From positions 4,389 to 68,388 of the forward strand of contig JAVEVO010000002.1 in NCBI GenBank assembly GCA_034005005.1: a DNA stretch of 64,000 bases, written 5' to 3'. This document shows, piece after piece, positions 1 through 8,053 of the stretch. Numbering within the stretch: the stretch's first letter is position 1; each line of letters opens with the position of its first letter. A model generated the notes under the pieces. The model was given only the letters and a program-made list of their open reading frames with translations, was not told the DNA's origin and searched no databases. The position numbers and the translations under genes are program-made. This stretch comes from Myxococcota bacterium (lineage in GTDB: Bacteria > Myxococcota_A > JAVEVO01).

Positions 1-1138
1 CGAGCTGCTGGCCTTGCTCGGCGGCGGCGAGGCCGAGACGGAGAGCAGCTCCGGCGGCACCCCGGTGCTGCCTCCGGACCTGGAGCTGCAGGGCAAGCTG
101 ACGGTCGCGCAGGGGGTCTTCAGCGCGACCCGCTTCCAGGACCTGGTCGCGGACCTGCAGGTCGCCCGGGGCGTCGTCGAGCTGCGCACCCTCGCGGTGA
201 AGGCCTTCGACGGCACGATCTCCGCCTCCGGCACGCGTCTGGACCTCTCCCGGCCGCAGCCGGTCTTCCACGCCCGGGCCCGCATGGAGAAGGTCGACTC
301 CCGGGCCCTGCTCAGCGACCAGACCACCCTGGGCAGCCTGCTCTCCGGGCGCCTCTCCGCGACGGTCGACGTGCAGGGCGAGGGCTTCGAGTTCGCGACC
401 TTCTCCCGCAACCTGGCGGGCACCCTCGAGGGCTCCGTGAGCGACGGCAACATCCACACCGCCAACCTGCTGGGCAGCGTCGTCGGGCCGCTGCTCGACT
501 ATCTGCCCAAGGAGGCCGCGCGGCCGACCGCCTTGCGCCTCGGCGCGGCCCAGGGCACCCCCTTCCGGACCCTTGCGGGCAAGTTCAAGGTCCAGGGGGG
601 CAAGCTGAACCTGATCGACGCCCTGCAGCTCGCGACCCCCGAGGGGCTGGTCGAGCTGGCCGGCGAGATCGGGCTGGACCAGGCCCTGGGGCTGAAGGGG
701 ACCTACCACCTGTCGCCCCCGACCGTCGCGGCGATGACCGCCAACCGCTACACGCCCAAGGAGGCGCTGCCGGTGGCCTTGCTCGTCGGCGGCACCCTGC
801 TGGCGCCCCGGCTGGAGGGCGTCGATCTGGCGACCACCGGGCGGGCCATCGCCCGCGGCTACCTGGAGAACGCCCTGGGCGGCCGGGTCGAGGACCTGCG
901 GGACCAGGCGACCGAGCGCGCGCGGGAGGCGGTGGACGCGGCCCGCCAACAGGCCGAGCAGCGCGCCCGGGAGGCGGCGGACCAGGCCCGCCAGCGGGCC
1001 GAGCAGGAGCGCCGGAAGGCCGAGGAGGCCGCCCGCCAGGCGGCCCAGGACGCCAAGGAGCGCGCCCGCAAGGAAGCCGAGCGCGCCCGCAAGAAGGCCG
1101 AGGAGGAGGCCAAGAAGCGGCTGCACGGCCTCTTCTGA
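1..1138 (+). CDS. AsmA-family C-terminal domain protein, 5'-partial (reading frame open to window edge), ending in a K/E/R/A-rich coiled-coil tail
   Basis: The frame of ORF 14..1138 is open back to position 2. It has AsmA-like C-terminal motifs (…LSGRLSATVDVQGEGF…GNIHTANLLGSVVGPL…). The tail is ARQQAEQRAREAADQARQRAEQERRKAEE…KKRLHGLF. Confidence 0.45.
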   Translation, partial: ELLALLGGGEAETESSSGGTPVLPPDLELQGKLTVAQGVFSATRFQDLVADLQVARGVVELRTLAVKAFDGTISASGTRLDLSRPQPVFHARARMEKVDSRALLSDQTTLGSLLSGRLSATVDVQGEGFEFATFSRNLAGTLEGSVSDGNIHTANLLGSVVGPLLDYLPKEAARPTALRLGAAQGTPFRTLAGKFKVQGGKLNLIDALQLATPEGLVELAGEIGLDQALGLKGTYHLSPPTVAAMTANRYTPKEALPVALLVGGTLLAPRLEGVDLATTGRAIARGYLENALGGRVEDLRDQATERAREAVDAARQQAEQRAREAADQARQRAEQERRKAEEAARQAAQDAKERARKEAERARKKAEEEAKKRLHGLF

Positions 1139-1200
1139 TGCCCAACTTTCTGTTTTTGCTAGCTATTTATTCATCGGGGGCCCACCCCCCGACAACGATC

Positions 1201-1230
1201 TTGCCGAGGCTGGATCAACCCATCTATAGT
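1201..1230 (+). promoter_or_regulatory. Candidate sigma70-type promoter TTGCCG-N18-TATAGT upstream of the ferredoxin gene
   Basis: Read directly: ttgccg (1201-1206), an 18-nt spacer, then tatagt (1225-1230). It sits in an AT-richer intergenic stretch about 65 nt upstream of the ATG at 1295. Confidence 0.4.
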
Positions 1231-1294
1231 GGCTCCACTCTGCACTCAACCCTCTCCGGGTCGGACCGGACGGGAGACGCTAAAGGAGGCCCCG

Positions 1295-1483
1295 ATGAGA
1301 GCGTTTGTTGATGCCGACACCTGCACCGCCTGCGGCCTGTGTGAGGAGACCTGCCCGGAGGTGTTCGCGCTCGGCGACACCGCTGCCGAAGTGATCGCCG
1401 ATCCGGTGCCCGCCGACGCCGAGGACTGCGTCGTCGAGGCTGCCGACGGCTGCCCCTCCGAGTCGATCACCTACGAGGAGTAA
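1295..1483 (+). CDS. Small 4Fe-4S ferredoxin (62 aa)
   Basis: AGGAGG RBS lies 6 nt upstream of the ATG at 1295. The protein MRAFVDADTCTACGLCEETCPEVFALGD…VEAADGCPSESITYEE matches the single-cluster ferredoxin pattern (CxxCxxC…CP plus C-terminal CP). Confidence 0.75.
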   Translation: MRAFVDADTCTACGLCEETCPEVFALGDTAAEVIADPVPADAEDCVVEAADGCPSESITYEE

Positions 1484-1502
1484 GCTCCGACCACCGCATC
1501 CG

Positions 1503-1540
1503 GCACGGGGGCAGCGTCCGCGAGGGTCCTGCCCCCGTGC
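1503..1540. terminator. Bidirectional hairpin between the convergent ferredoxin and lipase genes
   Basis: Perfect 12-bp inverted repeat: gcacgggggcag (1503-1514), a 14-nt loop, then ctgcccccgtgc (1529-1540), followed by tcgttctt. It lies between stop codons at 1483 and 1556. Confidence 0.55.
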
Positions 1541-1555
1541 TCGTTCTTGGCGTCG

Positions 1556-2818
1556 TCAGAACCCCTCGAGGCGGAGGAAGGCGGCCAGCTCCCGGTAGAA
1601 GGCGAGGTGGTCGAACCCGCTGAGCGGATCGGGGAACAAGGCGGCGATCTGCCCGATCTCGTCGAGGTGGTCCGCGGGGATGCAGCCGCGGAAGCGGCCC
1701 CACCGGGCCGACTCCACGGGAATCAGTCCATCGTTGGGGCGGAGCCGGAAGAGGCCCTCCCCCACGAAGCGGCCCGTGGCCTGTAGCCAGGGGGTGCACG
1801 CGTCGACCCCGTCGGGGTTGGGCACCTCCGCCCCGTCGCAGAGCTCCGCGGCCCGGTCCAGGAAGCTCCGCCCCGCCCAGGAGTAGTAGGCCACCGCGGG
1901 ATCGTCGGGATACTCCTGGTTGAAGCGGATCATCGTCCGCTCCGCGACCTGCTCCAGGGAGGCCCGGACGTCGGGGTCATCGCCCAGGTCCGAGATCGCC
2001 CGCCCGAGCAGCAGGGCGAGGGCCTGGGTCAGGAGGTCGCTCCAGCCGGGGACCAGCCCGAGGTAGGCGTCGCCGAGCCGCGTCCCCCGGTGGGGCGTGG
2101 AGATCGTCGTCAGGGACGCGATCCGGCTCCCGTAGCCGAGGCCGGAGATCACCCAGCGGGCGTCGATCCCGCCCTGGGAGTGGGCGATCAGGTTCACCTT
2201 CGCCGCACCCGTCTCCCGGAGGATCTGGTCGAGCTGGTCCGCGAGCTGCTCGCCCCGCACCGCGGAGCTCTGGTAGGGCGCGACCACGGTGACCCGGACC
2301 GTGTGCCCCGCGTCCGCGAGCTCCTCGGCCACGCGGAAGAAGTAGTCCAGCGGTCCGATGGCCTCGAAGCCAGTCCAGCCGTGGTGCAGGACGAGGGGGT
2401 AGGGCGGCCCGGTCCCCGGGGGGATCGTCGCCGCGTCCGGCGAGGCCGCGTCCCCGCCCGCATCCCCGGGCGGGAAGGCGAGGTCGGCCCGGCCGCCGTC
2501 CGCGGTCGCGGGCAGGACGTCGGTGGTCCCGGCGTCGGCCGGGGTCAGGTCGGGAGGGCTGGCGACGTCGGGCCAGGCCAGATCGACGGGGCCAGCCGCA
2601 TCGCGGGGGTCCGGGGCAGGCTGCAGATCGACAGGGACGAAAGTCCCATCCAGCACGTCGAGGTCCGCGGCCGGGTAGGCCGCCGCGTCCGGGGAGAGAT
2701 CCCGACCAGCGCCGGGCAGGGGCGGGCGGGCGCGCTCGGCGCAGCCGCTCGTGAGCACGAGCAGCACGACGCCCAGCGAGCCGCGGCGGCACCGCTTCGA
2801 CCAGGGAGACCACCCCAT
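1556..2818 (-). CDS. Secreted lipase/esterase, alpha/beta-hydrolase (AHSQGG nucleophile elbow), lipoprotein
   Basis: The protein has a signal peptide plus lipobox (LLVLTSGC) and a lipase-class-2-like core (LVLHHGWTG…NLIAHSQGG…). It also has a Pro/Asp-rich linker. Confidence 0.8.
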   Translation of the reverse strand: MGWSPWSKRCRRGSLGVVLLVLTSGCAERARPPLPGAGRDLSPDAAAYPAADLDVLDGTFVPVDLQPAPDPRDAAGPVDLAWPDVASPPDLTPADAGTTDVLPATADGGRADLAFPPGDAGGDAASPDAATIPPGTGPPYPLVLHHGWTGFEAIGPLDYFFRVAEELADAGHTVRVTVVAPYQSSAVRGEQLADQLDQILRETGAAKVNLIAHSQGGIDARWVISGLGYGSRIASLTTISTPHRGTRLGDAYLGLVPGWSDLLTQALALLLGRAISDLGDDPDVRASLEQVAERTMIRFNQEYPDDPAVAYYSWAGRSFLDRAAELCDGAEVPNPDGVDACTPWLQATGRFVGEGLFRLRPNDGLIPVESARWGRFRGCIPADHLDEIGQIAALFPDPLSGFDHLAFYRELAAFLRLEGF

Positions 2819-2856
2819 GGGCCCAGCATAGCAGCTCCGGGGGCGTGGAGGCCAGG

Positions 2857-3900
2857 CTAGCGTCCGACGAACAGCAGCTCCCGGCTCTGCTGGTTGGTGG
2901 ACAGGACGTACCGGTAGCGGCCCAGGTCGACCAGCTCCGCCCGGGGCTTGACCCGCTGCAGGAGGGCCAGCAGCTCGGCGGGCGCGGGCACTCCATCCGA
3001 GCGGTAGGAGAGCACGAGGGTCGAGGTGGAGAAGCGCTCCAGCAGCCGCCGGAGCAAAGACGCCACCTGCGCCCGATCGTTCCAGGGGTTGGGCGGTAGC
3101 CGATAGGGCCGGTGGCGACGCCGCGCGTCGATGCGGGCCGACCAGCCCTGGTAGTCGAGCATCCCCTCGAGGAAGTGATAGAAATCACCGTAGTCCACGC
3201 CCGCGCCGCGCGCCGGGAGGTAGGGCGGATCGAGGTAGACGAGGTCGAAATCCCCTTCGATCTCGCTCACATCGCCGCGACGCACGCTCGCCGGCGGCCA
3301 ACCGGCGAGGGCCGCCCCCTCCACCTGGGCGAGGAAACGAGGGAGCAGCTCGGCGAAGGGGCGCTCCCAGGAGACCGGGTTGCCGAAGCTGCGCGGCACG
3401 GCCGCGGTGCGCAGGGCCAGGTTGGCCCGGTGGAAGAGGCTGAACGGACGCTTGATCAGGCACGCCTGCGAGATGGCGTACCAGGCCCGGGACTTCTCGG
3501 AGGACGCTTCGAGATCGCCGAGGTTCTGGGCGAGGCGATCGAGGATCTGGTCCTCGGCGGCGGTGAAGTAGAGGCCGGCATACTCCCGGGCGATGACTGC
3601 GTCGTAGACCCGCCCTGGCCGCGTCGCCAGCAGCGTGGCCACGAAGTCGGCCGGCAAGGGCGGGCCCGGCGGGGAGAGCAGGGCGGGGGCGAGGAGGGCG
3701 TTGCTCGCCAGCAGGTCGTTGTAGGTCACCTGCCAGCCGAGGAGGCGGAGCAGGTAGCTCACCGCGCCGGTGCCGCCGAAGGCGTCCAGGGCGCGGCCCG
3801 GGGGGAGCGCGGCGAGCAGCTCCCCGAGGACGGGCAGCAGCTTGCGCTTGGAACCTTGGTACCTGGTGGTCGGGAAGCGGGGCAGCAGGGCGCGCCAGGA
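2857..3900 (-). CDS. D12-class N6-adenine DNA methyltransferase (Dam-like); start codon unresolved
   Basis: The DPPY catalytic motif is present (…LVYLDPPYLP…). Translating upstream in the same frame gives motif X (RYQGSKRKLLPVL) and motif I (DAFGGTGAV) beyond the GTG at 3762 that the ORF track uses. The frame is open to the stop at 4012-4014 but contains no ATG, GTG or TTG in that stretch. Confidence 0.65.
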   Translation of the reverse strand, partial: SWRALLPRFPTTRYQGSKRKLLPVLGELLAALPPGRALDAFGGTGAVSYLLRLLGWQVTYNDLLASNALLAPALLSPPGPPLPADFVATLLATRPGRVYDAVIAREYAGLYFTAAEDQILDRLAQNLGDLEASSEKSRAWYAISQACLIKRPFSLFHRANLALRTAAVPRSFGNPVSWERPFAELLPRFLAQVEGAALAGWPPASVRRGDVSEIEGDFDLVYLDPPYLPARGAGVDYGDFYHFLEGMLDYQGWSARIDARRRHRPYRLPPNPWNDRAQVASLLRRLLERFSTSTLVLSYRSDGVPAPAELLALLQRVKPRAELVDLGRYRYVLSTNQQSRELLFVGR

Positions 3901-3976
3901 GGACGCCGCGCCCGGCTCCCGCGGGCGCGCAGGCCCCCGGGCCCGGCGAGGGGAGGATCGGGGAGCGGCGTCCCGC

Positions 3977-4708
3977 TCAGGCAGCCTTCCGCTCCTGGAG
4001 GTTGAGGTAGATCAAGGCCGTCCCGACGGAGATCACCGGGACCGCCGCGACGACGCCGACGCAGCAGGCGACCAGCCCCGCGAGGCCGAGGACGAAGGAG
4101 ACGAGCAGCCAGAGGAAGAGGTCGGTGCGCTCCCCCTCGGTGAGGCGGAAGCTCTCCCGCATCGCCTCGATGGGCCCGAGCCCCCGGTCGACCACCAGGA
4201 CCAGGGTGAACATCAGACAGATCGACAGGATCACCCCGGGGACGAGGCAGAGGGACAGCCCGACCGCGATGGCCAGCCCCGTGAGGAAGTTGGCCAGCAA
4301 GCCGGGGACGAGGCAGGAGAACCCCGAGAAGAGGTCCGCGACCTCGGGTTGCTCTCCCCGCACGGCCTTGAGGGACATCCGGATGAGGCCCAGGGACAGG
4401 AAGGTGGACACGGCGAAGGAGAGCACGTTGACGAGGAAGCTGCTGCCGATGGTGCCGAGCAGGACGAGCCACGAGCCGCAGTAAGGCGCCAGCAGCTCGG
4501 CAGCCCAGGAGGAGGAGTCGACCCGGAAGCCGGGATGGCCGCAGAGCAGGTGCTGCAGCGCCCAGCGGATCCCCTGATCGAGCCCCACGAAGAGGCCCCC
4601 GACGAAGACCAGCAAGGCACCGGCGATCAGGAAAGGCACCGCGTTGACCTTGAACACCTCCCAGGCCTGCGAGACGACCGCGCCGATCTCCCATCTGTCG
4701 GTGTGCAT
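3977..4708 (-). CDS. Polytopic integral membrane protein, function unknown (244 aa)
   Basis: Start taken at MHTDRWEIGAVVSQAWEVFK (ATG 4708). Several long hydrophobic helices (…FLIAGALLVFVGGLFVGL…, …LVLLGTIGSSFLVNVLSFAV…, …LVPGVILSICLMFTLVLVV…). Strong G/C third-position codon bias. Confidence 0.6.
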   Translation of the reverse strand: MHTDRWEIGAVVSQAWEVFKVNAVPFLIAGALLVFVGGLFVGLDQGIRWALQHLLCGHPGFRVDSSSWAAELLAPYCGSWLVLLGTIGSSFLVNVLSFAVSTFLSLGLIRMSLKAVRGEQPEVADLFSGFSCLVPGLLANFLTGLAIAVGLSLCLVPGVILSICLMFTLVLVVDRGLGPIEAMRESFRLTEGERTDLFLWLLVSFVLGLAGLVACCVGVVAAVPVISVGTALIYLNLQERKAA

Positions 4709-4939
4709 CTGCGGCCTCCCTCCGCGGGCCCCTCGCCTGCCACGGCCAGCGGCTCCCATCCAGATCGAGCCTACCCGCTGCGGGACAAATGGGCAACTCC
4801 CGGCGCTCGGGGAGGAGCGTGTCCGATCCGGCGCGCCCACCCCGCTCGCGCGTGAGCTGCTGCTTGCCAGGGTCGCCGGAGAACGCTAAAGTCCTGGACG
4901 GCCGGTGACCGCGCCCCGCCCGGCTGCCCGGAGGATGCC

Positions 4940-5722
4940 ATGCGTGCCCACGCCCTCGCCCTGCTGCTGTCCCTCGCCTTCCTCGCCGGCTGCGCCGAGG
5001 ACGCCACCGGACCCGACGACGCCGAGCTCGCCCGCGAGCCCGGGAGCGGGTACGGCGAGCTGCTCGAGTCCGCCCAGCTCACGTCGAACAAGGCCGATGA
5101 CGCGGTGAGCTGTGGCGAGGAGACCTGCCCCACGAAGCTGTGCGGCTACACCTGCCGGGCCGGCGCCCAGTGCGTCAAGGAGTGTGTCGCCCAGGACACC
5201 CGCGCCGCCACCCGGCTGAAGCTCTCGGTCAGCGGCGCCCTGCTCACCCAGGCCGACTCGACGCGCTACCAGTACCAGCCGGTGCTCTCCCTCAACGACG
5301 TCATCTTCTATGGTTGCCAGCTCTGGGACTTCTCCAACGGAGAGTACGACGGCCTGGCCCTGATGTTCAGCGAGGTCTACAAGGGGGCCTTCCTCGCGGG
5401 CGAGCCCTCCCAGAAGGGGCTCGAGTTCGAGGTCTACACCAAGCCCTTCACCGGTCCCGGCACCTACATCGCCGAGGGCTTCCTCTCCAAGAGCTCCGAG
5501 ACGCGGGCGGCGCGGGACTTCTTCCGGGGCACCGATCAGTGCAGCATCGTCGCGGAGGACGACGGCGCGTTCGGTCTGAAGGGCACCTTCCGCTGCACCG
5601 ACCTCCCCCACTTCTCCAGTGACGCCAAGATCCACGTCCAGGGCGAGTTCGCCTGCGGCCCCACGGGCCTGCGCTTGCCCGAGATCGTCCGCATGAACCC
5701 GGTCACCGAGGACGAGGACTGA
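4940..5722 (+). CDS. Cys-rich secreted lipoprotein, function unknown
   Basis: GGAGGA RBS, then signal peptide and lipobox MRAHALALLLSLAFLAGCAED. The mature protein is Cys-rich with an acidic C-terminus (TEDED). Confidence 0.6.
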   Translation: MRAHALALLLSLAFLAGCAEDATGPDDAELAREPGSGYGELLESAQLTSNKADDAVSCGEETCPTKLCGYTCRAGAQCVKECVAQDTRAATRLKLSVSGALLTQADSTRYQYQPVLSLNDVIFYGCQLWDFSNGEYDGLALMFSEVYKGAFLAGEPSQKGLEFEVYTKPFTGPGTYIAEGFLSKSSETRAARDFFRGTDQCSIVAEDDGAFGLKGTFRCTDLPHFSSDAKIHVQGEFACGPTGLRLPEIVRMNPVTEDED

Positions 5723-5866
5723 GCCGCCGACCCGCTCTCCCGGGAACTCCCGCCGCCTCCACGTGTCCATCTCCTCCGACAGCCCCCGACGAGCCGCGCG
5801 CGAGTCGGTCCGCTGGCTCCGTCCAGTGAGAGACCTGCGGCAGGGTGCGGGGAGGGCCCGGCGACC

Positions 5867-7990
5867 ATGGGCAGACCAGGCAACCCGTCGAATTCGCTCG
5901 CTGTCGATGCCCTGACCCGGGAGACGGGGGCCGCACGCCCGCGGCCCGCGGAACCCCCGCGGCCACCGGCGCCGCGGCCCGCCAGGCCGGCCCCGGGCGA
6001 GATCCTCGTCGAGGAGCCCGACCCGGAGGCCGCGGCCCCGGGGCTGCTGTACGCCCGGCACGCCGACTATGCGCGGCGGCTGGCCCAGGCGCTCGCCGCC
6101 CGCTGGCGGCTCGATCCCTTCACCGGCGAGGAGGCGGAGGACGCCGCGCTCGAGGGGCTGCTCGACGCCGCCCAGCTCTGGCAAGACCGCAGCCACACGG
6201 CCCGCTTCACCACCTACGCCTACTGGCACATCCGTGGCAGCATCCTCGGTCGCCTCGCCGAGGTCCGGCGCCGCGTCTCCCTCGACGCCGGTCCGGGGTC
6301 GCCGCGCGGGCGCGGCTGGGCCACGGGCGCTCCCCTGCCGGCGCCGGGCGAGGTCCCCTTCCCCGGGGATCCAGAGGAGCAGGCCGCGCGCCGCGTCTGG
6401 CCGCACGTCGAGGCGGAGCTGAACCTCCTGCGCAGCCGGCAGCGGGTGGCGAGCCTGGTCGTGGAGCTGCGGGAGGCCGGCCGCCTCTCCCCCGTGGAGG
6501 AGCGGATCGTCGGGCCCCTGTTCCTGGAGCAGCAGGAGCTCCCGGAGGTCGCCGCGGCCACGGGGCTCGACCCGCCACGGATCCGCGCCGCGGCGCTGCG
6601 CCTGCTGCAGCGGCTCCGGACGGCCTTGCGCGACGACTCGCTGCTCCCCGAAGGCTGCTGCCGGCTCCCGCTCGAGGAGCTGCCGACCGGACGAGCGGAG
6701 GGACTGCAGATCGCCCGGGAGACCTTGCAGCTCTTGCGCGCGGAGCGGCGAGCCGGCGGGGCGCCGCCCGTCACCCGCCCCCTGGCGAGCTTCTTGCGCC
6801 TGCTCCCCGACATCGAGGCCGTGGCCCGCCGCACCGGGGTCTCGGCCCAGCTCGGCGCCGGCGACACCCCCTGCGCGCGGGTCGCCTCGTTCTACCGCCG
6901 GATCCTCGGGCTGGGACGCGCCGAGCTGGCCGGCGAGCTGGAGATGAAGGGGCCCGCGCTGGACAAGCTGCTCCGCCAGCTCAACCTCGACGCCCGCCAG
7001 TCGACGAGGCGCATCCTGCGGATGGCCAACGCCCTGGCCATCGACCCCGAGCAGCTCCTCTTCCGGGCGTCGCCCCGGCTCGGCGAGGCCTTCGACCGGG
7101 TGCTCTACGCCGGCGAAGACGTCTACCTCGCCCTGCTCACGGTCCCGCTCCCGCCGGCCGAGCTGCTCCCGATCCTGCGGGCGGGCGCCGATCCCGGCGG
7201 GGGCCCGGACATGGGCTCCCTGATCGCCGGCTACCGGCTGGCCCGCGGCATCCCCTCGGCCGCCAGCCTGGGCCGGTACTACAAGGGTTTCGAGGCCGGC
7301 GAGGCCACCGCCATCGAGGGCTGCCTGGCCATGGCGCGGCAGATCGGGATGCCACCCTTGCTGGCCCTGCTCGGCACTCGCCCGGAGCTGCTGGCGCTGT
7401 TCGACCTGCTCGACGGGGAGGGGACCCTGCTCCACGCGAGCGAGCGTGACTATGGTCGCATCTATCTGGTCCTAGAGTACCAAAAAATGCCCGGATCACG
7501 GGACCTGCCCCCGGCCGAAGCGCCCACGCAGCCGGATCTGGCCGCCTACCTGCGGTACCTCCTGGGGCGTTGCGAGCTGCTCTTGACCCCCGAGCGCCTG
7601 GCTGCGGCCGGGATCAACCCCCTGCTCCTCGCCCACGGCCTCGCCGGCCGCGCCCCCCACCAGCCCGAGGCGCTGCGGCCCCTCGCCGAGCTCCTCGCGC
7701 TGGACCCGATCGCCGAGGCTCGGCTCTGCTGCGAGGCCCTGTACCCACGCACCGGCCCCGAGGAGCAGGCCACGATCCGGGAGCTGTGCCGGCTCGCGCA
7801 CGCGCAGACCACGCTCTGCCAGCACCTGGCGACCCACGGCTGGGAGGATCTGAGCCTCCTGCTGACCGCCGACCCGGACGCGACCCGCCAGCTCACCCAC
7901 GAGTTCTACGGACGCTCCCGCCGGGGCCACCGGGGCTACCTGCGGGAGCTGCTCCTCCTGTGGCGAGGCGCAGCCGCCGAGTGGGGCTGA
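5867..7990 (+). CDS. Sigma-70/ECF-family sigma factor-like protein with a roughly 450-aa C-terminal extension (707 aa)
   Basis: Region-2-like segment (…DAAQLWQDRSHTARFTTYAYWHIRGSILGRL…) and region-4 HTH (…SPVEERIVGPLFLEQQELPEVAAATGLDPPRIRAAALRLLQRLRTAL). A long C-terminal domain follows with no recognisable family. The N-terminus is Pro/Arg-rich. Confidence 0.5.
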   Translation: MGRPGNPSNSLAVDALTRETGAARPRPAEPPRPPAPRPARPAPGEILVEEPDPEAAAPGLLYARHADYARRLAQALAARWRLDPFTGEEAEDAALEGLLDAAQLWQDRSHTARFTTYAYWHIRGSILGRLAEVRRRVSLDAGPGSPRGRGWATGAPLPAPGEVPFPGDPEEQAARRVWPHVEAELNLLRSRQRVASLVVELREAGRLSPVEERIVGPLFLEQQELPEVAAATGLDPPRIRAAALRLLQRLRTALRDDSLLPEGCCRLPLEELPTGRAEGLQIARETLQLLRAERRAGGAPPVTRPLASFLRLLPDIEAVARRTGVSAQLGAGDTPCARVASFYRRILGLGRAELAGELEMKGPALDKLLRQLNLDARQSTRRILRMANALAIDPEQLLFRASPRLGEAFDRVLYAGEDVYLALLTVPLPPAELLPILRAGADPGGGPDMGSLIAGYRLARGIPSAASLGRYYKGFEAGEATAIEGCLAMARQIGMPPLLALLGTRPELLALFDLLDGEGTLLHASERDYGRIYLVLEYQKMPGSRDLPPAEAPTQPDLAAYLRYLLGRCELLLTPERLAAAGINPLLLAHGLAGRAPHQPEALRPLAELLALDPIAEARLCCEALYPRTGPEEQATIRELCRLAHAQTTLCQHLATHGWEDLSLLLTADPDATRQLTHEFYGRSRRGHRGYLRELLLLWRGAAAEWG

Positions 7991-8053
7991 GAGGGGGGGG
8001 CCGACACGAACAGCGGGCGGGAGGCTGCTCCGGCGTCGCCCGGATCCTCCTCC

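Noticed and set aside
1139-1200. Terminator for the AsmA-like gene (T-rich ctgtttttgc followed by ggggg-ccca-ccccc hairpin)
   Set aside because: The T-tract precedes rather than follows the weak 5-bp hairpin, and the geometry does not fit an intrinsic terminator. More likely part of the ferredoxin promoter region.
4886-7435. 849-aa minus-strand ORF (plus overlapping plus-strand ORFs 5845..7449 and 6069..6422)
   Set aside because: Low-complexity R/G/A/P-rich translation with no motifs. It lies antisense to, or out of frame with, the sigma-factor-like gene, whose own frame shows region-2/region-4 signatures. A GC-skewed genome yields long stop-free antisense frames.
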